Shown: piece by piece, positions 50,961 through 64,000 of the stretch
Numbering within the stretch: position 1 is the stretch's first letter
How the letters are laid out: the number at the start of each line of letters is the position of its first letter
Notes under the pieces: generated by a model
What the model was told of the DNA's origin: nothing
What the model saw: only the letters and a program-made list of their open reading frames with translations
Database searches by the model: none
Position numbers and translations under genes: made by a program
NCBI RefSeq assembly: GCF_009834535.1
Contig: NC_045697.1
Location: 61,940,001-62,004,000, forward strand
DNA length: 64,000 nucleotides
Direction of reading: 5' to 3'
DNA from: Camelus ferus
Lineage: Eukaryota

Positions 50961-52489
50961 TTTGAAATCTACAGCACTCTTAAATAGCCTTAACTACAGA
51001 TGTCTGCCATTTGTAACAGGTTTCATTAACTTTCATTAGATACATTTATTCTTGGTATTCTAATGCTTTGATTTGATTCATAGGATTCACTTTGAAAAAG
51101 TTCCAATAAAAGACAAGTCTACATGACATATATACAGCTGAGCAACTATTTTCAAATATACTTTCTCTGTAACTTAGCTAGAATAGTCAGACATGAAAAG
51201 TGACGTGAGCCAGGTGAGGATTGAGAAAGTGAAGGGAAGGATTACTTTGCATTGATGTTTCTTCTATCCACATGTCTACTTCTCTAGAAAAAAATAACTA
51301 CTGTCACTTTAAAAGGACCACGGTGACTACTCATCCAGAACTACTTTCTATGAGTATCCTTACACCCAGGTGGCAAGAGCTATAGTGAAGTGCATTTAGC
51401 ATCCTGTGCACTTACCAGAGAACATGCAGCCCATATGGCCTGAAAGTAAAGAAACTTGAACAAGCTGGTGGAAGAATCAGCAAGAGGTCTGTTCTGACTC
51501 CCAACTGTATGCTATTTCCATGGTCTGTTTATCTGAGCCAACTCAGATGACTATGAACATTTCAGATTGCTCTTCACTGTGGTTACTGTTCAACTCTGTC
51601 ATTTGCCTTCTTGAGTTATTTTTGACATTGGAGTTCAACCATTTATGTAGACAAAAATAAATCGTTTTACAGAGCACAAAACTAGCCCAGAAAGATGAGA
51701 CTAGAGCTAAGAGTTCTGGATAACAACTCTCCCCTGTAAGCTTTAGTCCTTGACTCACTTAAAAATAATGTTGTAAAGTCTGAGGTTGCAAATTACATAC
51801 CTTCATCTATGGATCTGGAATCAGTTGAGAAACAGAGTAAGTGACCAGATATCAAAATATCACCTTAATTGCTGGTAACACCAGATTTGAGACTACACCT
51901 GGATCCACCCCTGTCTGATTTTCCTAACACTTTCCTTACAGAACAAACCCATCTACCCTTTACAACACTGAGTCTCATGAGGAACAAACCTAACACACAT
52001 AGGTAGAGAAGGAAAACACAAATGTGTGAAGCAAAGGCCAAGAGAATGAAGAAGAGCAGACTACAGAAGAGCAACACTCATCATCTGAACTCTACCCAGA
52101 AGAATGGACAGTGGGTGTCTGACTCTTGCAGTGGAAAGGTAAACCACTCCTGCAGAAATAAGTAACAGATGGAGAATGGAGACTAAAAAGGGGATCTGGC
52201 TTTCAATGTCTAACAAACACCCAGAGCCATAAAATAGTTCTTTATTGGGCAATGAAATAGAAATTTCTTCATGAAAAATAAAGTCAGAAAAAAATGAGTT
52301 GGCTCCTAAAAAAAAAGAAAAGAAAAGAAAGAGTGAGAGAGAGAATGGCTGCCATTTATTAAACATCAAAGGCGTCAAGTACTTGAATTCTATTATTCAT
52401 GAAAAGCCTTATGGTTATTTTTATCCCTATGTTAGAGATAAGGAAATTAGGTTTCAGAACATTTAACAAGCCCTTTCTCTTTCCACTGT

Positions 52490-53970
52490 ATCACAATATC
52501 CCTTGGAATATTTTCATTATTGTTTTTTGCTGCCCAGTATCTAAATCCCCTTCCTAAACTGAGGGAGTCTTGTCCTTGTGTGAAATTTGGAGGTAGGCAA
52601 GGCCCCCCTCTCCCAAAATGGAAATTGAAAAGGCTAGACAATTGCTCTCCCTGAATGCATAACCTAGACTCGACCAATCAAATGTACCTGGGACACCAAC
52701 TCTAGGTCAAATGATTTTTAAAAATCAGGAGGCAGTTTAGAGTTCATTAAGTGGCAGTGACAGCATCCTGTACCTAGAGGCCAGCAGAAACTCTGATACC
52801 TATAACTACTACCAGTTGTTCCTGTGGTGTATGGATCATCTATGGTTCAGGCTACAGTTTCACTTGATCCTTGCCTGTGATGGTCTGAATTACAGTTCAG
52901 CAAATATTTATTCCATCCACCTCCTGACTTTCCACAGTAGGTCCTGCCCAACTTATGTTTGGCTTGGCCATGTGACTTGCTTTGGTCACAAAGGAACATT
53001 AGCCAATGTGATACATGAACACAATCACATGCTTGTGTGGTTGGTTTAAAGCATAAGTTCCAGGGCTTTGTCACAAGAAGATTATGCCCCAGGAAGCTTC
53101 TTCTCTTTCCCTGAGCCCAGACAAAGACACACATGCAGCATACAGAACCCAACTCAGAGCCTGGAGTTGAGGAGTCCTGCCAACCTGTACCTCAAAACAG
53201 AGCTACCTGGTTGTATTAGTTTCCTGTGGCTGCTCTAGCACAAAGCTGGTATCTTAAAACAACAAAAATTTATTCTCTGACATTTCTGGAGGCCCAAGTC
53301 AGTTTCACTGGGACAAAATCAAGGTATCACCAGAGCAGTGCTCCAACCAGAAGCTTTAGGGGAAAATATGTTCTCTTGCCACTTCTAGCTCCTAGAGCTG
53401 CATTCCTTGGTTCACAGTCCCTTCTTCCAACTTTAAAGCCAGACGCATAGTATCTTCAAATCTTCCCTGTTGCCACTGAACACCACCTTGTGTCTTCTGT
53501 GTCAAATTCCCCTCTGCCCTCCTCTTCTAAAGACATTTATAATTGCATTTAGGAGCCACTAGGATAATCCAGAATAATATCCCCAACTCAAGATCCTTAA
53601 GTTAATCACATCTGCAAAGTCTCCTGCCACATAAGTAACATTCACAGATTATAGGGATTAGGACCTGGATATCTTGAAAGGGCCATTATTCAGCCTGTCA
53701 CACCAGCAGAATCCATTCAGGACCTACCAAACCACAGTCATTCTGTAGACCCATGAGAGTGAGAATAATGCTCATTTTTTAAGCCTCTGGGCTTTGGGGT
53801 AGCTTGTTATGCAACATAATTGTGGCAATAGCTGATTAAAACATGTTCGTTTTCTGAAATCTTCCTCTTGATTTTCTGAGCCACTAGGAATCTCCAATAA
53901 ACTCCTATTGTGCTTAAGTGAATTAGAATCAGTTTCTGTTACTTGCAATCCAAATAACTTACCTGATATT
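52490..53970 (+). mobile_element. Three nested LTRs: LTR33/LTR16-like host, MLT1 (+, ~52876-53843), MLT1B/C/D-like (-, 53212-53702)
   Basis: Host 3' end caataaactcctattgtgcttaag...tttctgttacttgcaatc; middle element ggccatgtgacttgctttgg; inner element tgtattagtttcctgtggctgct...cagcctgtcaca. Confidence 0.7.
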
Positions 53971-55224
53971 TACTAAACATAACAATTTTGAGAAACACAG
54001 AGTAGAATATCAAATGATAATACTGAGAACATAAACCTTAAACTGGATGTTTTTCTTAGTACTTGTATAATGATTTATTTAGAGAAACTGACAAAATAGA
54101 GAAGTCAGCAGAAGATGGATATTTAGATGACATGAAGTATTTTAAGTAGACAATACTTCTTTTCCAATTAAAGGAAACTAAATCAAAACCCTAACCTTCA
54201 GGTAAGGAGATGAGTAATTAAGATAGGTGTTTTAACACAGAGAGCAGTTGGTAAAATGATTACAATAGTGTATGCTGTCCCAAAGAAGCAATGACAAGAA
54301 CTCTGAAAAGACTACTGAATCAAACTGGCATTTTTTCAAACTTTATTTTAACTCCTAGTCATTTCTATCCAGAAGAGATTCCACAGGTCAGAGAACTGGC
54401 AATGAATTAATGTCATAAAAAAGGTATAGAGACAGCAGGAAATTGCAGACAATTAGTTAAGCCCTGTGATTCTTTGCTCTCATTTTACATCTTAAAGAAA
54501 GTAAAAAAGGGCAGTAGATGGAAGGTAACTTTAAAATTTGCTCCTTTGTAAAGGCCAGCCAATAGAGCTTCAGGACATTTATTTGAAGTCAGGACATTAG
54601 TGCCAGGGTGAATAAAGGGAATGTAACAGGTTTACATTTTCACAAAGGGGCCTGACAGATCTTTATCACAGGAAGAATGTCCACGAGACAGAGTGACAGG
54701 ATAATAGGAAGTGGAATTAAAACCTGGCTTCTAGGGAGACAAAAAGCAATGATAACTTGGAGTGCTTCCAAAGTAACTTGGGAGTAATGTGTGAGGGTGA
54801 GGAGCAAGTTGGAGCAAAGAAAGCTCCAATACTGGGTGGATATAAGCAAAGGAGATTCCCCCAGGAGAAGAGCTGTGTCTGCCTTCTTGAAAACAAAGAT
54901 CAGCAACATTTCACTGGAAGAATCACAACCCTTCCTTCTTGAACAAATTGCTTAGAACAGAAATTGCTAGAGGACTTCTGACAAATAAACTAAAGTGAAA
55001 CGGATGGTCCTCTCCTCCAAAAAAAGAAATTCTGGATAAAATATAACCCAAAAAATAATGCATAACTGAGTTCGAAATACAGAAATAGAAACATTCAGGT
55101 GCATAAAAACAAAAGGAGATTTCACAGAGCAGGAAGTGTGAGCTAATCTCACAGCCTTCCAGCAGAACTGTGATCCTGGATGTGGGTCTTAGGTCCAGGG
55201 GTAGGATGTGGCAAGGGTCCCACA

Positions 55225-55670
55225 ACATAGTGTTGTATGTCAATTATACTTCAAAAAAACAAACAAGCATACAAACTAACTCAGAAAGAGATCAGATCTG
55301 TGGTTAACAGAAGGCAGAAGGGGGAATTGGATGAAAGCAGCCAAAAGATACTACAAACTTCCAGGTGTAAGATACGTAAGTACAAGGGATGTACAACGTG
55401 ATAAATATAATTAACACTCCTGAATGTTATATATGAAAATTGGTTGTTAAAGAGTGTAAATCCTGAGTTATCATCACAAAAAAATTTTTTTTCTATTTCT
55501 TTAATGATGTATCTATATGAGATGATGGATGTCCACTAAACTTACTGTGATAATCATTTCATGCTACATGTAAGTCACATCACTATGCTGTACACCTTAT
55601 ACCTGCACAGTGCTGTATCAATTATATATCAATAAAACTGGAGGGAAATTTTTTAATAAAATAAAAATAC
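55225..55670 (+). mobile_element. L1 3'UTR (5'-truncated)
   Basis: tacaaacttccaggtgtaagatacgtaagtac...atgctgtacaccttatacctgcacagtgctgtatcaattatatatcaataaaactgga. Confidence 0.85.
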
Positions 55671-56724
55671 TCACGGCCAAATCTATTTTTAAATGGAAGT
55701 CAGAGGACTGTATTGTACTAAATAGATTTCTGACTGGGGAAAGTCATTCAAGATATTTTGGGCAATTTTTAAAATCCACAAAATGAGGGGAATAAACAAG
55801 ATAATTTCTAAGGATGACCCCTATTGGTATATTCCACACTGCATTATTCCACTTTGTGAGCTAGTGTATGTGGAAAAACAATTGAGATCAGGGTTAAATT
55901 TAAGGGAAGAACCTGGTCCTCCTGGCAAAGGAACTTCCCTCTGGTTGTCAGGAGTTGCACAGCACTACAAATAACAGAGAGGACACCTGGGAATAAAACA
56001 TATTCAAGTAAATGAAAGGACTAACTTAAACACACTAATTCAGGAAATACAGAGTTAAGATTGAAAACCTGTCCTGGTCCCCAGCATTAAGTAAAGCTTT
56101 TTGTCTTTTTTTCCCCTGCTACAACAGTGCCAATTAAGAATAGAGTGTCAGCTGAGAGAGGTGTATAATGGAAAATGCTGACAGATTCTTAACTCTAACA
56201 GCCAGAAGAGAGTAGCTTTAATAAGGTGTCTGGAAGCAAAGGAATTTTTTAAGGAATGGGGAGGAAGGGGAAATTACTAAGCAAGATGAGATGAGCTGGA
56301 GGTAGGGATGGGAAACCTGATAAGGAGGCCCTGAGGCTGACAGAACGCTGAATCAAATCATGCTGTAAGCAAGATCCCTTCTCTTGTTTTGGACCCTACT
56401 ACATCCTCACCCGGCTTATTCTTGGGTGAACTATACCCTACCCTAGAAGACAGGGATCTAGCTGTGAGTCTACCTCTGACCCCTTTCCTAGGGCTCTGCT
56501 CTGTCGGCACACAGAGGAAATGACCATGTGATAAATACATTTAAAAATAAAGTCATATTTAATGTAGTGCCTTCTGAGGTCTCTTCAGTATGAGTCAGGT
56601 CAAATTAAAGTCAAGTCATATCAAGTAGAACATCAAACCAAAGAAACTTTGAGTGGTGTTATGCAATATGATCACCCTGAAATATAATGGGATTCCTCCG
56701 TGGTCCTACTTTGGGGACTTACCT

Positions 56725-57045
56725 TTTACTTTTTATTACGGAAAATTTTAAGCAAACCAAAAGTACATAGGACAGAAAAATGAGCCCTCATGTAGCCATC
56801 ATCCTGCTCAAAAATTATCAACGTAAGTCCAATCCTGTTTTATTTGCATACCCCCCCATATCCCCTTTTCCTCCAATGAATTATTTTAAAGCAACTCTAT
56901 GCAGCAAATTACTTCAACCCAGGGATTTTGGTATATATCTCTAAAAGACTTCCATGTTTCTTAACATGACCACAATATCATTAAAATACCTCAAAAAATA
57001 CCAATAACTCCTTAATCATAAAATTCAGTCAGTGTTCAAATTTCT
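56725..57045 (-). mobile_element. Ancient L1 3' end
   Basis: ttttattacggaaaattttaagcaaaccaaaagtac...atatctctaaaagac...ccacaatatcatta. Confidence 0.6.
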
Positions 57046-57559
57046 TTGGGGCATTCTTTAGAACAATGAGAGTCAGGCAATAGGCAGAGGACAAGCTGAG
57101 AGCACTACCAATTGATGCTGGATAATAATAATAATAGTAACAGTAAAATAAAATAAAACAACCAACCTTGAGACAGACACAATCACATCATAAATGCCCT
57201 CTATAGTCCCTAGAGTCAGGCCCTACAGGTGCAGCCAGGCAATACCACCTCCTGCCTCCCTCTGCACATGCCCTCAACCCTTCAACTCAGGATTATTGTG
57301 CCATGACTTATCTTCTCCTTTGAGACCACTGTATATATTGTTTCACAACCAATTTTGACCTGCATATAAAATTGAGGGGAAGACCCCATATTAATTCCCA
57401 CAGCACTATAGCAAAACTTAGATTCTGTCACCCAGAAAGACTGGCACTAAACAGGTGCAATCACAGAGCACTAAACAGAACTACTTGAATGGGCCCATTT
57501 GCACAAACCATGATGAATCTGTCAAACGAAGAGGAAAGAATGACTCTTGGTGAATGAGA

Positions 57560-57830
57560 AATGATGAAGAAAAAGGGCTCTTGAGTTGGACAGACTGGGT
57601 CCTAATCCCAGATCTCAGCTTACATTCTGAGTAACCAAACTGCTTATTAATATTTGTAACTTCAATTCCCCAAATGTTAAGTGAGGTCAGTAACAGGATC
57701 TATCTCCTAGCTTAATTTTCAGGATTGAAAGCAATAATGCTAAAATTGGGAGAGTATCAGGTAAACAGGGATGGTTGGTTAACCTATAAAAGGGTATCTG
57801 CTACACAGAAAGTGCTCAATAAATATTAAC
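57560..57830 (+). mobile_element. MIR
   Basis: gacagactgggtcctaatcccagatctc...cacagaaagtgctcaataaat. Confidence 0.65.
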
Positions 57831-58029
57831 ACTTACCAGTAGTAATAGTAGTAATTGAGGTAGAAGTAGTATTTTAGCTTCTAAATAAAGGAGATAATAA
57901 TAGCTAATTTCCCAAACAACTCTAAAATATAATTTACTTTCTCTGTAGGCAGGGATTTCCCAAATCTGGAAGCATTCAAACACACTGAAAAAGGGTATAA
58001 GCGTCCAATTTAGTGAACTTGTCCCATGG

Positions 58030-58175
58030 TTCCCAAACCTAATTGATCCTCAGACTTAGTTCTGAGGAGATTCCTTAAAATGCACATGCTTGGGTCCCTT
58101 GAATTAATACACTTCATTTGGGATATGGTGATCTATATTCTTTTTAAAGTTCCTTGGTTGATTCTTATCAGCCAT
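58030..58175. mobile_element. MER5-like hAT element
   Basis: tggttcccaaacctaattgatcctcaga...ttccttggttgattcttatcagcca. Confidence 0.55.
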
Positions 58176-60629
58176 CAGATCTTGACTACTTCCAAAATTT
58201 TCTCTAATCTTCAAGTTTTATGATGTCAAGAATTTCCAAAATACTCTTGTTTCAAAGCCTATATATATATATATTCATTCTCAGGAGGACTAAATATCTA
58301 AGTCTTCAAACTTTCGAAAACTGAAACAAAATCTACCTGAGTGTTTTGAGGATGTTTTGTAGTTTTTGAGGTGTAGGGGTTTTTTTTTTCCAATTTTTTT
58401 TAATTGGGTAAAGTGAAAAATCACACCATCTGCTTCTGAGTCTCTGGTGGATTTGTCCAAGGCGATTCAATCATATCAGAAAAAATGAGTAACTGATTGC
58501 CTGATTCTTCTGACAAGCGACACAACTCTGTCCTGTTCTCAAGCCTGTAGCAAGAGACTGGCTGAGACACTGGAGACAGTGGTGAATGTTTCAGCAGCTG
58601 TCTTGCCATCAGGGAAATGGAGAGGTGTAAGTGATTTATACTAGGTCACACAGCAAGCCAGGGGGCAGTGCCAGAAATAGGATCTGCGTCTCCCGCTTGG
58701 CAGTCCATGGTCCATGTAGTACACCCTGAGGATATGGAAGCGAGACCCCTCGTCTGAGCAAAGAAGCAGACAGAGAGACTTCCATTTAGAGGTTCGTAAA
58801 TGCTACCCTGAAAGAAGGAAGAAAATTCCTCTTTCATGCTCAATCAAGTCTAAACCAAGGTGAGGGAATGAGGAAATGTTATTTATTTTTGTAAGATGAA
58901 AGACTACTGTATTTATTCATTTCTGTCTGTACCACAGAAGGGCTCATTTTCCCAATAATTCTTCATGCCTGGTCTCATACAGTGCTGCTTGGAAGGCAGA
59001 CTGGGGCAAAAAGATAGAGGTGATTCCTATAGCTGGCCTAGAAGAAAGGGATTTTTTTGTTTGTTTTCTTTAATAAAGCCATATAGCATTTGAGTTTGAT
59101 TTCTAAGTACATCACTCAATGCAGTAACCTCAAAGATGTAAGTGAAGTACTAAATGTCACTGGAGGACCCGAAAAAAAGATAATTTCTTTTCCCAAAAAT
59201 CTTTACCTATTCCCAAGAAATAAGTCAATCTGTTTAGGCTGAAATTGTCTGTGTGTAGTTACATATTTCTATTTAAAATATTTTCGTCTCTTTCACATCT
59301 ATCTTTCTGGCATGTGGTTAATTGATTCCTCAAGGGTAAAAATCAAGTGTATTCTTACACACACATGCACACACACAGCTTCATAGAACCCACTACAGCA
59401 TTTCACACTCAGGGTACTCAATTAATATTTTGCAATTATTCAATTATAGAAATAAATATATTAAATAATTTATATATTTAAATATGCTAAAAGAAATATG
59501 GGTTGGATGGCAATAAATAGGTGTTATGGGCTGAGAGCATGGTGGAGGAGGAAAACTTCCATTTATTTACTTTTTATAGCTCAAAAATCAAATAAAATAA
59601 TGGTAGAATTGTTGATGGGGGTTTCCATGTTTTTCTATGTTCTTAATGTATATATAACATGTATACAATGGACATGTATTTGCTTCATAATGCAAAAAAG
59701 AAATAAATGTTTACAAAGCTAGCAAGTATGAATCATAGTACACAGACTTAAGTATGTAAGAAATAATACTTAATTTTCTATAATTCAACTTCCATTCTGA
59801 CTCCAAGGCCCCTTTTCACTGGACAGGTGGTAATTTTAACCTCAACCCTTTCCCTGGTACCAGGGGAGTAGGGGAGGTGAGGGGAACCAGTGCACACCAG
59901 TTAGAACTATGCTTATTTCTTATAGTACAGTAGTGATCTCCCTCCACCAAATCAGAGTTCAGCCTTGAAGATGGGGTTGAGATTCTAGGGCTGGGGAAGG
60001 GAACGAAAAAAACAAGTCAGGGACATAGGTATGGTGGAGGCAGGGAAAAGAAGAGGAAAGGACACCAGAAAGAGAGACTCACAGATTCCCATCTAAAGCA
60101 TAGTCCCTCAAAATAGTCTCATTTTTAGATGACCATGAACATACAATATCCTGAAGACAGTACAAAAGGATCTATTTGATCTTCCCTCTGAGTCATCTTT
60201 CCCTCCATGTGGGGATCTTATCAGAAGGAATTCCAGGAATTCCTGCTTTCTCTGGATCCCTTCCATTTCCCCCAACTCCCTAAGGTCCACTTTCATCTCA
60301 TTTTCATTTTGGAAATACTTTGCAATGTCCTTGAAACCATGAACATCAATCAGGGCTCTGTACTATCTGAGTAAAGGAAGAACCCTACAGTACACCAAAG
60401 GAGAAAACTTAGGTCTTTTACATTTTGTAGAGTTGAACAAGACAAATGTTTATCATGCTAATACTGACAGCCTCTTATAGCTCTACTTGGATGCATGCTA
60501 TGCAAAGTCACTGTTTCTTTACTGTGATTAACAAAGACCTGCTTTCCACCAAGGGGAAGAAAAATCTTATCCTGCCTCATATAGACAGAAAAGAAAAGGA
60601 AGCTAGCTGCCTACTTTTTAACCAGTGCT

Positions 60630-60985
60630 TTATGAAACAGAGTTGATTAACATATTAGCATGTTCTCAAGTTGCTCATGTCTAGTGGAAAAGACAGACAC
60701 AAGCTACAATGTGATGAGTGCTCTTTAAAAAGAAATTTTAAATTGCAGAAGAATCACAGAATGGATACAGTTATTTTTGCCTAAAGGTATTTGAAAAGAC
60801 TTCATAGAGGAGAGACATTTCAACCAAATCTTCAAGTCTGACTTAAGAGAATGGGCAGATAAAGACAACAAGCCATATGTGTAATGCATAAAAGGATGAA
60901 AACATTTGACATATTCACAGGCTCTCAGGTAGAACAGTGTGTCTAGAATACAGAGGTGATCAGAGAGTGAAAGACAGATTTTGAC
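60630..60985 (-). mobile_element. L2 fragment
   Basis: ctcaagttgctcatgtctagtggaaaagacagac...aaaagacttcatagaggagagacatttc. Confidence 0.6.
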
Positions 60986-62389
60986 CAGATTTAATTTAAA
61001 TGATCCCTGTACAGTTGGGCAGTGCTCAAGTCTCACAACAACTCATCATAAAAGGGCTTGCTTAATCCCAAAGTAAGGACATCTACTGCAAAGAGGTAAA
61101 CAGGAATTATGTCCCAAAGTCAAAGAGCAAAGAAATAATGATGAATATGTGCAAGAATTGCTAACCTGGCTCCAAGTCTGTTAAGGAACACACTGTCTCT
61201 TACTCACTCCTCATTCTTTATTTTTCCCTCTCACTGTACTGAAGAATACCTTTCCATCTCACTCCCCATATCCTCTCAAGCCAACTATCCCTCCTCCAAA
61301 GGATGAATTTAAATTCAACATCTACGTCCATATTAGAGAAGGTAGAAATGGTCTTTCATTTTTATTTTTCCCCTCAATTTGGTAGTGATGAGTTTGAAAG
61401 AAACTGCTCCTGCAATAGGTATTGATGTCTTTTCTTCCTTTATATTCAGTTTCTAACAATTGCAGTCAAAACCCAATACCCAGGGAACGAGGAATGGAAC
61501 AGCCAAGCATCTAGTTGTACGAATGTTTACACCAGTTCAATATCTGATATTCTTCTTTTTTTTCCGAAATAATGGAAAGTTTGCCAAAAAATCAATAAGC
61601 TTTTGTGAAGGAGAAAAGCTAAACACATTATAGAGAGAGGTGCTAACTGGAGGCGGCAAACTGATGTTGATGACGAGGCTCTCTCAAGATACAGGGTGCT
61701 CCTCTTATAAGGCTGCTGGTTTCTCAACCATTGCTGGTTTCTCAAGTACATTTGTGTCTGTGTGCCATAAGCAGGGATGTTTTAAATTTAGGGTTAGAAA
61801 AACTACTTATTTTTTTCCTTATTTTGTATATTCGTTTTTTATGAATTTACTACCTTACTGCTGTGTCCTAATCCCTACTTGAACGCTACTTGGAGAAACA
61901 GGGAGTGAACCCTGGGAGAATATGAAGGAAACTACATGTTGCTTGGTAACTCAACCTTCCCGATATTTCCACAACTGATTTAACCTTGGACCAAGGGCAT
62001 TTTCAGCTGATTCCTGTTGTAAGCTGAATTAATTTACCCAGGTTTCAGAGCATTCTTGTTTTCGTTACACAAGAAACTATCCCATAATAATTAAAATAAT
62101 TTTTATCAAGAAAACTAAGTAGCCTTTAGAAAAGGTAAAAACTAAGAACAAAGCAATAATTCAGAAAGCACTGGAGTGATATAAAATAAAATCTTTGAAA
62201 TGTAGAAAGCAGTAGATTTAATCATGAGTGTCTCCCCATACAATTGGGCAGTTCTGAAGTCTCATAAAATAGTCCACCATAAAAGGCTTGCCTGATCCTA
62301 AAGTAGAGGGAAGTGGCCTGGAATGATAAGATCAGAAATGACTGCTACCTTTGCTGCCTGACAGTCTGAACCTTGTATAATCAAATAAT

Positions 62390-62520
62390 CACAAAATTTT
62401 TCAGCTTCTGGAGACCACCACAGAGATGACAGTCCAAGCCCTCAATTTACAGATAAGGAAACTGAGGCCCAGAGAGTCTAAGAAGCTTGTCCAAAACCAC
62501 AAAGAGCTAAAATCTCCCAT
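62390..62520 (-). mobile_element. MIR
   Basis: atttacagataaggaaactgaggcccagagag. Confidence 0.8.
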
Positions 62521-63464
62521 TCATTCAACTCCCTTTCATTGGATTTAGCAAACACAGTGGTAAGGAATATTGACATACACTCTGTCCTCGTTCATTCATT
62601 CAATAATTATTTGTTCAGTGTCTACTTTATGCCAAAAACAATGCTAAAAGTTTATATATACCAGAGAAAATGGATGTTACAACAAATAATTAATGTTAGT
62701 ATCTACTTTGTCTCTTTTAAAATAAAAGACAGATAGTTTTCACTATAAAATATATACCACTGATAGAAATTTTGAAAATGACAGAAAAGTTGAAACAAGG
62801 AAAAAGATCACCTACCACCCATTGAAAACCATTTTACCATCATTTGAAACCACTTTCAACATCTGGTATTTCTTGTCACACTTTTTTCTCAAGTGTAAGT
62901 TTCCATTCTATCTTCCTTTTTCCCTTTCAAAAAGCTGTATCATCCTAGATGGACAATTATGTATCCTACCTTGTAGTATTTCCTCATGTTATTAAAGACT
63001 CTCTGTAATTATCATTCTTAACAGCTGCAAAATATTCCATGGAGTGGCTATAACCATCTATCCAATGTTATTTCCTCTTTGGGGAAAGTATGCATTTAAA
63101 TTACAACCATCGTTTCAAAAGTGTTTCTGTATTTTAGAATACTTCTTTGGGAAATCAATTTATGATAAATCACATCTCAATTTGTTCCAAGGGTTTTAAG
63201 GTTGTTTCCTGAAATTCCCAGAATTCCAATGCAAGTCCAAATGTGCAACCCTCCTGGAAACATATCACCTAATGGTTTTTTGACAGCAAATTTTTACTGC
63301 CACTAAGGATATGAGAATTGTATAGTTCCTTCGTCGCTTTGACACCACCAGTTTTCCCACTGCCTTCTCATGTTTAATATTCTCAACCACTGATTAGACT
63401 ATGGTAGTTTAATCCTGCCTGTGAAATTATCTGCCATTAGTGTAGCAGAAAGTGCTCCACCTTT

Positions 63465-63623
63465 TAGAGTTGCTCAGTGAAATACAGGACACCCAGTTAA
63501 ATCTGAACTTTAAATAAACAATGAATAATTGGGACATACACTAAAAAATTATTCATTTTTTTATTTGAAGTTCAAATTTAACTGGGCATTCTGTATTTTT
63601 ATTTCCTAAATCTGGCAACCCTA
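63465..63623. mobile_element. MER53-like palindromic hAT MITE
   Basis: tagagttgc...aatacaggacacccagttaaatctgaactt and its inverse aagttcaaatttaactgggcattctgtatt...ggcaacccta. Confidence 0.85.
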
Positions 63624-64000
63624 TAAACTCTGCCTCTTGCTAATTGCTAGACTTGGGAAATTTTTTACACCACTCAACCTCTTCTAGAAAATGCAGAGAA
63701 TCATCTCCACTTTGCAGGATGAATGAAACTCACAGAGGAACACAAAAAAGCACCTAGCACACGACATTTGCCTTCTTCCATCTGAGTTTCATATTATTCT
63801 CTTTTCCCTTACCTACCCTGCCACCCAGCTCTGAGGCCTACCTGATTTTATCCCCACTTCCCTATCGTAGGTCTTGGACTCCAAACCCAGCCACCTACCA
63901 CCTACCTACCACTACCACCTACCTTTCCGTGCAATCCTGAGTGCGAAGCTTGGTTCTAGGAAGTGCCTCATGTCAGAGCTTGGTGGCAGAGCAGCTGGGA

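Noticed and set aside
51990..52145. Purine-rich exon-like stretch ending in AAG|GTAAAC
   Set aside because: No polypyrimidine acceptor and no recognisable peptide.
61714..61745. Short local duplications (gctggtttctcaa twice; similar cases near 21900, 29430 and 62820)
   Set aside because: Ordinary slippage-type micro-duplications.

Overview
Gene-poor, repeat-rich mammalian DNA. The young L1 3' ends resemble camelid L1, and I saw no Alu, Bov-tA/BovB, PRE-1, CHR-2 or Can-SINE, so a camelid source is likely (inference from memory, not a database result). I recognise no intact protein-coding gene, rRNA, tRNA or CRISPR array. Most listed ORFs are chance ORFs or L1 ORF1/ORF2 debris. The flanks (1-5.7 kb and 20.7-64 kb) are AT-rich with ancient MIR, L2, MER5, MaLR and L1M repeats. 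A block at ~5.78-20.69 kb is different: it is dense in ERV1-type LTRs and L1, and contains an internally duplicated L1+LTR composite and GC-rich islands. The best candidate for an undescribed element is at 6258-8220. Three 38-bp repeats, each with a palindromic NFI-type site overlapping a CCAAT box, precede TATAAAAG, a strong-context ATG opening a signal-peptide-like ORF, a decayed reading frame ending in a coiled-coil-like tail, and AATAAA. I could not identify the gene family. Also notable: a TSD-bounded chimeric L1 (5'UTR+ORF1, inverted pieces, ancient L1MC tail) at 43.8-47.0 kb, a double-tailed L1 and a templated hairpin insertion scar. Repeat family names are by-eye calls and boundaries are approximate.
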